A stretch of DNA of 34,140 nucleotides, from NCBI GenBank assembly GCA_000934665.2, contig KZ539219.1, positions 1 through 34,140 on the forward strand. Reading direction: 5' to 3'. The notes under the pieces are model-generated. The model was not told where the DNA came from. It did not search any database and worked only from the letters and a program-made list of their open reading frames with translations. This stretch comes from Catajapyx aquilonaris (taxonomy: Eukaryota). The translations under genes were made by a program, and so were the position numbers. Positions 12,121 through 22,000 of the stretch are shown here, one piece after another; position 1 is the stretch's first letter, and every line of letters starts with the position of its first letter.

Positions 12121-12259
12121 GCGTGTGCAAGTATGACTGGCATGAATGCGTGCATCATAATGCTCATGGCAATAAAACCACATCCTTCATGTTAAGTATG
12201 TTGGTTTGGTCATGTAATGTCCCAATAATTAATGTGGCTGGAATCCCATCATTAAAATA

Positions 12260-12539
12260 CGAGGGGTTAGTCACTTATGAAGTCCTTTGTACCCACACTG
12301 AAATCTCTCTTAAACTCCCACTGAAGTCCTGTAAGTCCCAACAAAGCCCATCAAGTCCGGACAAAGTCAGACTGCCAGGACTTCAGCCGGATTTCTTTGG
12401 ACTTACAGGACTTAATGGACTTTGTCTGGAGAAAGTCCATTAAGTCCAGACAAATCCAGCTGAAGTCCTGGCAGTCTGACTATTCCTTCATGTCCTTGAC
12501 GTCTGTTGTAGGCTATAATATGAAGTGACTAACCCCTCG
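12260..12539. mobile_element. 280-bp MITE with 17-bp TIR and 8-bp target duplication
   Basis: TIR CGAGGGGTTAGTCACTT / AAGTGACTAACCCCTCG, with TTAAAATA at 12252-12259 and 12540-12547. The interior is rich in GGACTT/AAGTCC motifs. Confidence 0.85.
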
Positions 12540-15311
12540 TTAAAATAGGTGAGCGGGACGTGCAAAATCAAAAGCCGACAGTTCACTTGATGCAATTTTT
12601 GTATTATTTATTTTTCTCACCTCAGCCTCACCTCCACAAATTGGTAATTTCCTACATTTAAAACCCCCAACCCATTACTTCGTACTTTCTTCTTCATTTT
12701 TTTTAGGCCCTCCCCAAGCGCACGATCAATTTTTTTCCGCCCTGACAACTATCCCCCCCTCCCCTTCTCCAAACCCTCCCCGTGCAATCATGCACTCCCC
12801 CCCAAAAAAAGGTCCCTGCACAAAAAAAAAGTTATTAAAAAAAATAAAATACAAAATAAAGACACCCGTCGTCACATTGGCCCAGAAAAATTTTCACTTT
12901 GTTTGAGTCTTTGGAATCTTTTTTTGTTTTTTGTAACCATTTTCTTTTCTAAAAACCACTTTTCTTGCAAATCAGTCTGGTTTGTAACACACTGTCGTCG
13001 AGTGGTATTCAAAATAAAGCGGAAACATCGGCCATTGTTTTAAAAACAGGGGGTCAAACTGTACGAGAGAAAATTAATTTGCCGTCCCCCTTCCCCTCTC
13101 GGAGTTGACCTTTTCGCTTGCGTTTTAACCCCCCAAAAATAATTAAAAAACCATCAATCTCAAGTTATACATGAAAGCCCTCTTGGCATTTGATATACTG
13201 TACGTAAAAAGCAAGCGCAAGGTCCTGTTAACGAGAGAAGCGGGGGAAGAGCTGGTTTGGCGAGCGCGAAAAGCCATAAATACAAAGGGGCGGAAAAAAA
13301 GTGGCAGGTTCGAAGGTCAAGGGAAAAAAAAGAAGAAGCCAACTATAATATCAATAGAACTCTTCGGGATTGTTCATCACTTAAAATGAGAAATTAAGAG
13401 GAACAGAAATTGATTGTTAACCAGAGATTTGTCTATAATGATTGTTACCAACTTATTAAAAAATTAAGAAACAACAAAAAAAATCTCCGCTTCTTCCCCA
13501 CACGTTGTACTCTTTTAAAAAATCAATCACAATAATCAATCCCCGAAAAAATCTTGGTTTAAAAAAAATTAATAATTAATATTGAGGGACGGTTGCATGA
13601 GTTCCGAGGGAAGCGGAGAGGGGAGCATATCATCGTTTGGCTCAAGAAAGAGAGATGAAAAAAGAACGGTCGTAAGAAAAATACTATAGCTTATATGTAC
13701 AGCCTGCGTCGGCATATTCATTTAATGTTTTTTTATTATTATTTTTAAGTAGTCCATTTTGTCATCCAGCCTTTGTTAAAATAGTCGCAATTGTCAGGGT
13801 ATGGCGGTTTGGCCCGTAAATTACATGTCGCCACTGGTTACGTCCCGGTACAAACGCTAAGAATCGAGGCGCCAGTTCCACCCAGGTTACTCGATAAAAG
13901 TTGTAAAAAATACCAACAAACAATCGCTTTGGAATATTGCAAATGCTCCTATCAAACATGCTGATAGTTGTTTGCGGCACAGGTGGAACAACACCCAAGT
14001 ACGCGCAAGATGGAAGCAAGATGCGTACATTTTTACCTGACAAAAAAATTAGTACAATAATTCATCCGCATATTACGACCCATCACTCGAAAATGTTTCG
14101 GCTCGTATTGACCGACGTTAATAACAAATTACGTTGAAAAATTTAATGCATATCCATACTCTAATACCAATATTGAATTCATACAAATGTGCGCATCTCG
14201 CTTCCTTTCGACTTGCCAATTTGTTGCCCAATTAAATCCGGTGGCGCCACAGTAACTTACAGGCGGCCACCCTCCCGTTTTGGACTTTGGTTTGAAGCCC
14301 AGGCGCCTGCGAAAACGAACAGCCGCTCAATAATTGTGTGTATTTACATGGGCAGCCTAATGTACTTGTACTTTGTTCGTTCCCAAGCGCACTGGACATT
14401 GATTGCATTGTTGTCAGAACTGCGTCCCCCTTTTTTTTGTTCCCGTCCGTTTTTAAAAACCGCCGTTTAAAAAGTCTCCTTTCTTAAGCCAAACTACCAA
14501 AAGGTCAAGTGGGGAGGTCAAGAGTTGAAGGAAGGAAGGAGATGAGGAGCAGAGAGGGGGGGGGAAGGGTGGAGTTTTGTACTTTCTTTTTCAAAAGTCC
14601 TGGCTTTGTAATGATCACAAAACGATTTGTGACAAGCAAGGGGAGGGGAAAATAGTCGGAAAAATACGCTGAACATTGATTGTAGACATTGCAAGTATTG
14701 GGATTTTTTTCCGACAATCATCGAGAGGGGGATCAGGTTGCATGAATTTGTCGTGTCGTCTCCTTACAAATACCCTCCCGTCCCATCCCCTTACCCCTTA
14801 CCCCTTTCCCCTACACTCCTTGGCCTCAAAAAAGTCTTCCTCTCTACAAGCCCTGGAAATAACGAGTTTAGAATAATTGTGCTACGTTACAACGGAAAAA
14901 AAAAAGCATGGCCGTACCGACCCAAAATTTTTATGAAGAAACCTTCTGCGAGGTGGGCTAGAGTCGACTGGCCTCGGCATGCCAATCGTTTGACGATTGT
15001 CACAGTTTTCAGGTCATTTAGTGTGGAAGTTGCTCAACACATATCCGAGTGGTACTTGTCGAGCGAGCGAGGCCAGTCGCTCTCGGCTGCAAATCGCCCC
15101 ACCTCGCAATCAGACGAAATGCCCTCACTTAAATGGAATGGCTCTTGGGGAGGAGCGGAAGACAAAGAAAACTTGGCGGCAAGGGGGAGGGGGCAAGGAT
15201 ATTTTCTGATGATAAAAATACTGTTATGTGGCAGGAAATAACGGATTCGGTTCCTAACCGCAACGACACCCAGGTTGTTAGCCCTTGCGCCGACAACATT
15301 TGCCCAAACCA

Positions 15312-15750
15312 GTCAAGCGTACAAATCGCAATCAGGAAAAATTGATAGTATGGGGGCTCCAACGAGTTCGATGTAAAGTCAGGAATATGCAAACAAGTAT
15401 TTGTTACCATGCAGAAAACTCGCTAGATGTACCGAGAAAAATCAGGAGTTCGATGTAAAGTAAGGGATTGTGTATATCGCTCCAACGCAATTGACGTGCT
15501 TGATACCATGCCGAGAGCTTCATTTTCGCAACAGTACAAATGCGGCTACATTCAATGAAAACATGCAAAGTAAATCTGATGAGCAATGATGACAGGAATG
15601 AAAAATGTGATGCGTCAAGCGTACAATCGCAATCAGGAAAAATGATTGGGGCTCCAATGCAAAATCCGCAATTGATACCATGCGATCTTATTCACTTGTG
15701 ACAGTACAATGCGGCTAAATTCAATGAAACATGCAACGCAAATCTGATGA
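15312..15750. repeat. Local imperfect tandem duplication
   Basis: GTCAAGCGTACA(A)ATCGCAATCAGGAAAAAT occurs at 15312 and 15614. TTGATACCATGC...ACAGTACAA(A)TGCGGCTA...AATCTGATGA occurs at ~15501-15582 and ~15672-15750. Confidence 0.85.
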
Positions 15751-16082
15751 TGAACTGGTTACAAAATAAAAATGCATTGATGTTTCTGCCAAGTGTCTTT
15801 CCGTCACGCAATTTCCTAACAACCGAGGGCCGTGCTAACGAACCAAAATCCGTCGACACCCTTCCCCCCCATCCCGTAACCCTACCCCCCGTTTAAAAAA
15901 AAAAAAAAAGTCAGCACACTCACACATCATGAGATCGAAACTCCAGTGTTTTCAAGTGATGGAAAGTCACACTTCCTCTCTTTTCTTTTTTTTTCATTTT
16001 TGCAATGGTGAAATCAATTCAACTGGGATCACAAAAAATGGGGGAAGGGGGCTGGGGGGAGCCAACTGAGAGAGGAGGGCTG

Positions 16083-19000
16083 CTACCTGCGTGGAATGAG
16101 TCCGTTAGAGGGTGGGGGCAAAGTGGGGGTCATCTCGAGCTCCACCAACAAAGAGAAGTGGTCGGATGGCACGTGCGGGTGCGGACACCCAGCCACCTTG
16201 TTGTCCGACAGCCATTCCTCCGCCAGGGGGCCCAACAGTCCCAACGGGTTCATGCTTTGCCGACTGTAGAATATGTAGTCGATAACTCCCTTGAAATCAA
16301 ACCTGCAACGAAACGTTAGGTCCGTTTGGTTCGATTAGGAAGGGCTAATAGGAGACACAAAAGATGGGAGAAACGCATGTGTCATACTCACGTGAAATTG
16401 GTGTATGGCATCACATGGGCAGCGTATGCCGAGGAGAGCTTGAACGCATGCGTGTACTCATTTGGCTTCTCGCTCATGGATACCTTCTGCAGGCATGACT
16501 TGTAGCCCAGGTCTTTAAAATCCGGGTGCGTGGCCGATATGTGCCCGTGAGACAGGAAATCTATCACACCTGCAATGTTCAAGAGGTTCTCATTACCGGA
16601 AAGAGCTGCGAAATATGCGGTCCGTGGTAGTTCTTGAACCATCGCTCGACATGATGATTCAAGAACTTACTCAGCCCGAGTGGGGACCCACCTGAATCAG
16701 GTAGCGAGTTAAAATCCCCGCAGAGCAGCAGCTGCACTGCGTTGGGATCGGCCTTGTGTCCGGGCCTGAAGGAGTGTCCAGCATCCTCAATGATTTGCTT
16801 CAGTTCGTGCACGAGCATCATGGTCTGGATTAACTTCACGTCGCAGAATTCAGGGTCCCAATGGATGTGGGCCGTGCAGACCAGCAGCGGTTGGGCCATC
16901 TGGTGCAGCTCGGGCAGCGGACCAGAGTCCCACGCGGCTTCTTTCGTCTGAAGAAGCGCCGCCAGCCCGATGTTATCTTTCGTCATCACCCGGTTCAGCA
17001 TGTCGTCCGACCCGTCCGCATTCGCCATCGCAAGTTGGTTGAACTCTACCAAGTGCTCCTTTATCAGGGTGAATCTGAAAATAATTGCGAGTCGACATTA
17101 GTCCGCAAAGTTCCATCGAATCGCCGGCGACTTAATCCGCTCACTTGGATGTTCTGAAGAAGATCGCACATCCGTCGACGTACTTTCGTTCACTTTCCGT
17201 CATCGTCTTAGCCCGCGATTTGGGAGAGAAAATTCCATCATATCCCTCGTTGCGAAGCTCCGGGAGGAAGAAATTGTAGAACTGGTCTGTCTCCACCTCC
17301 TAAAATGCGAATCGCAATTTCAACAAACGGTTTGAACACTTGTAAAAACACACATATAACTATTAGCGCAATTGGCTTTCATGCAACTGGGAAATCCATC
17401 ACCGGTTAAATTTTAAAGTTTCGTGCAGCACCTGTAGCGATATGATGTCCGCCGAGAACTGCCTGATCTCCTCGAGGATTCCCTTCTTCCTGTACTCCCA
17501 GTCCAGAGCCCAGCTGGGGCAGTACCCATACATTTGCCTGGTAGCATACTTGTCGCACAGCACGTTGTAACACATTACTGTGAAGATACCTGCAAACAGA
17601 AGCAAGTTAGGAGACGATTTTTTTTTAAAAATAAACGGAAGGCGAGTCCGACCAGGAGAAACGGTGCCTACGATAAAATTCTGCACATTTATTCAGCCGT
17701 GAATTTTTGAAATGTATGTCGGCTAAACGAGCAGAATTCTCGTACATAAGAAGTCGGACCACCCCTGTACAAAGCAGTAATCTGAATTGGGCAACGTCAC
17801 AATGGCATTAAAAATAAAAGGCTGCTCCCAGTTCCAATCATCCGATTGTGCCGTGCGAACGGCCCTAATTTGAAGTAATAAAAAAAAGGCTGCCCAAGTT
17901 AAATCGACTGCGGCTTGGGTGCAGTTTAGAGCCGCAAAAATCTTGCAGGTTTCTATACATTTTCTGAATCTACTCGATGAGCTGAGTCGAATGACACTAT
18001 TCCTAGTGTGTGGAAATGTTTGGTTCAAGAGTAATTGAATTTAGAAATTGCATGTAATAACAATGAATAAAATGAAAGTAAACAAGTGTTCCTTTGTTGA
18101 GACTGTTCACTCCCATTGTTGCGTCAGGTGATTCTCCGTGGAAACGTGAGAGATTCCATGGAAACGCGCTGTGAGGGATGCTGAATGTTGTAAATAAACG
18201 GTTGTTCTTGGTTCGTTGGACATAGAACGAGAGTGTAGGAGTTTAATTTAACATCATTCAGGAGCGTCCATGGCCGAGGCATTGCATCGGTGCTTATCAG
18301 GAATAATTGGACAAGCCTTCCTGGAAGTAATGAGGGAGGCTGCTTGGTATCTCCTGGGCCATTGCTCGAGGCCTCTTGCTCGCCAACAAGATAGTGTTGC
18401 CGTAAAATGAATCCTAAGCTTTTACTCAAGGCATGCCCCACTCTGATTGTGTTGGTGTTATCTGTGAGGCGTTGGCGTGACCGCACCAGTACTGTCCGTC
18501 TTGTGGCCCTGCCAGGCACGGTACGTCGCCTGTGCGTGATATTTTTAGTTTTTGCGGAGCGATAGCGGAGCTGGGCGCTTATTGTGGGTTTCTGTATCCG
18601 CAACATTTACTGTCCGTCTTGTGGCGCCGCAGGCCAACGAACGTTATTGTGGCTTTGCCACATCCACATCCGCAACACCCACATCTACGCCACCACAAGG
18701 CGGACAGTATTTCTGCGAACACACAACCCCCAAACTACGTTTAAAATTACCATGGATATTCGTTCACTCAACAATGGGAGTAAACTGTTTCAACAAAGGA
18801 ACACTTGTTTATTTTCATTTATTCATTGTTATTACTTGCAATTTCAAAATTCAATTACTCTTGCAGCAAGCATTTCCGCACACTAGGAATAGTGTCATTC
18901 GACTCATCTCATCGAGTAGATTCAGAAAATATATAGAAACCTGGAAGACTTTTGCGGCTCTAAACTGCACCCTTACCTCGACTGCTACCATACCACGACC

Positions 19001-22000
19001 TACTCACAGTTTGGTCTGGATCGGTTAGGATGAGCCAGGGGAATCCATGGGCGCTGCGGCGGATGAGTTGTTGTCACTGCAAGGGAAAAAAAGAGGACAC
19101 TTTAAAAAAGCGGGTTCACACCTTACGTTACATGAAATTGCGGATAATACACTCTATAGTTAGAGAGTCCCAATTACGCGGGCTAACGACTGCCGGACAA
19201 TCCGAAAATGGTTCTAGATATTGCAAAGCGGGCTGTTCATTAAGTTTTAATTCAACTACTGTACGCTCAGGTTTAATCAAAATAATGGAACATCCCACAC
19301 ATTTTCCGGAAAAAAGTATTGCGGTGCCCCCACGTTGAAGCGTAAGAGGCACCAGGTAAATAATCCAGGAAAACGCACCTGGGGAAAGGGTAGAACCACC
19401 GCTGCGGACACTGTTCAGGACAACAGGTACAACGACACATCTGGTCAGGACGACGATGGAACTAGAAGTGCCTGTTCCATTCCAAAACGTCAACAACCAC
19501 AGCGTCCCGGCAACCGGGGAAACAAGACAACAACCTGGTTGCCAGGACGCTGCGGTTGTTGACGTTTGGAATATGTACAGTATGTTCATCGCCACGGGCG
19601 ACGAACGGATAATCCGCACCCGGAGTACGCACATTGCGAATCGGTTTGATACCTGCTGTTAATTAGACATGACATTTGCCTCTGCATTTCAGGTTTAACG
19701 ACGCATCATGCTTTTATGGCCTTTTAAAAAATAAATTGAACTCCTCAACTTGCAGATGCGGCCTGGCTCATCATCCTATTTGTGGTTTGCGCCGCATTCG
19801 AAGTGCCCATTATTGCGCTTCGGCCCAGTCAATCATCCGGCCGACAATGTCGGTTCAAGCCCTTCACCTTTTTGCATGGGGGTTGTTTTAATATGTGCAT
19901 TTTTAATTGTACGATAGGTGTGGGAAATGCTGGTGGTGCATTGACCTGGGGGAAAAAAAAAAAACTTGTAAGGTAACGGTGGGTGGGGATGAAGCAGGTG
20001 ATGGTAGTAGGCCAGTGAGGGGAAGGAGGTTGGGGAAGGGGGCAAGGCAACGGTACTCCCTCCCCCTTTCTTCTTAGTGACCCAGATTGTGGCTTGGGGA
20101 AGGGGGGTGTGTGTGGAAGAAGTTGCCCTCTTGACTGGATGGATGGCACAGTTTCGCTCCACTGCCCAACAAAGGCAATGCCCAAGCACACATATCCTAA
20201 ATACTCATACGAAAAACACGCCAGAGTGCAAACACCTTCTAACAAACTGTAACTGACACGGCCAACAAAATCGCCCTGAATAAGACAATAGCTGCGGATA
20301 CTCAAAACGCTGCGGCCACTCATGCGCTGCTAAACTTTCTCAAAAAAAAAATAGTTGCGCAGAAAAACTGAAATCAAGACAACGGGTTAGTCACTTGATA
20401 CTATAGCATACGACAGACTTTACAGAATTCAGTGGTACTCCATGAACATTGTCCGGACTTCATGAACATTGTCCGGACTTCATGAACTTTGTCCGGACTT
20501 CATAAACTTTAGTGTGGACTTCATGAACTTTGTCCGGACTTCATGAACTTTAGTGTGGACTTCATGAACTTTAGTGTGGACTTCATGAACTTTGTCCGGA
20601 CTTCACTTAAGACTCCAACCGGACTTCAGCGTACGAAAGACTTCATAAGTGTGTCGAATCGCAAGCTGCGGTATACTACAAAAGCAACAATATCGCAACA
20701 ATTGTACCCAATATATTCTCAGCGTCTAGTTCGTAATCATCCGAACAGTCAGTGGCTATAACTGCTACCGTGCCGCAATAATGTACAGGTTTAGCCGATT
20801 CAACAATATTTCCAGACAACTGTAACCGGTAGCTCGCAATATGGCTATACTGATAGCGTTGTCGTTAACGTACAAAAAAACGGTTGCAACAATGTCTCAT
20901 TTAACGCACAGATTCACAGCCCCATGTCATGTGAAAACGCTATCTCATTACCTCTGCTAAAAGTCCCTAACACTGCGGATCACGCATGGCTTTTAAAAAA
21001 ATGAAGCCATTGAGGTCACCATTCCTTCTCTCTCTAACCCCCCCCCTAGCCCAGGGTGATGGTGTTGCTCAAAGGAGGCCATCAGAAGGAAGAAGAAGGG
21101 GAGTTTTTCGGTTTGCATCCTGATCAGAACTATGGATGGTCAGCCATGCGTTTAACGGGATGGAGAGAGAGACACACACACGGCTTAAAACTGGCCTACT
21201 ACTCAAAAAGCCCATGTCCTCTTTGCAACAACTGCACGCCCCTTCTCCCGTAACAAAACACAACAACTGGAGCGTCTCGTTTTGTGTCTTTTTCCTTCCT
21301 TTTTATTTTACGCAAAAACCCGATGCAAGAAATTGCGCAGATTTTCTATTCTGCGGTCGATCGTTCATGCACAAAGGCTGCTTCCTCGTTATGAAACGGC
21401 AGGGGGGTAGCCGATGAACCAGTCAATTTGTCGTTAACCTTATTTTCAAGACCTGAAACCTACCCGTCAATATTTACGGCTTCGATGCGAATGTCAAAAT
21501 TGTACAGTTCGCTGTAAATCCAAGGTTCCAGTGTTGTTTACCCACTCGCAAGTCCTCGTTAGTGTTTTCAGTTATGTTATCCGCTTCTAATAATACGTCC
21601 AGCCATCACCCACAATTGTTGTTTACCACTTGCAAGTGTTATTGTTGCCTGCAGGCGTTTATGCGGCCTCCTTAACAATAAAGGTTTCCCGCACTTGAAA
21701 TAGTTCAGTCTTTGCTTATACGGAATGGCTAGTTCACAGTCAGTCTCACCCCCTCCCCGGCACAACAAATCCTCAGGATCCTCCGCTGCTTGTATTGTTG
21801 GACCAGAACCTGATCTCCAAGTCCCTGTGCCCGTCCAGCGGGGAAGTCACGATCTCGGCCAGCACCTGCAATCCCGAGTTGCATGTCTGCGGCGCTGGGG
21901 CCGCCGCTACCTCCGGCTCCGGCTGCACCTCATCGTCGTCCTGCGCGAGTATGGCATCCAGGAGAGCCAGTATGGGATGCTCCGGGGAGGGCGGACGGGT

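Noticed and set aside
11411..12443. ORFs 11411..11857 (-), 11848..12183 (-) and 11970..12443 (+)
   Set aside because: Shadow or alternative frames of the Dim1 pseudogene and the adjacent MITE.
13171..15410. Several 60-167 aa ORFs
   Set aside because: Mostly non-ATG starts, homopolymer-driven composition and no domain motifs; more consistent with UTR or intergenic sequence.
20441..20603. Possible CRISPR array
   Set aside because: Head-to-tail units with no unique spacers, no cas genes and a eukaryotic context; it is a minisatellite.
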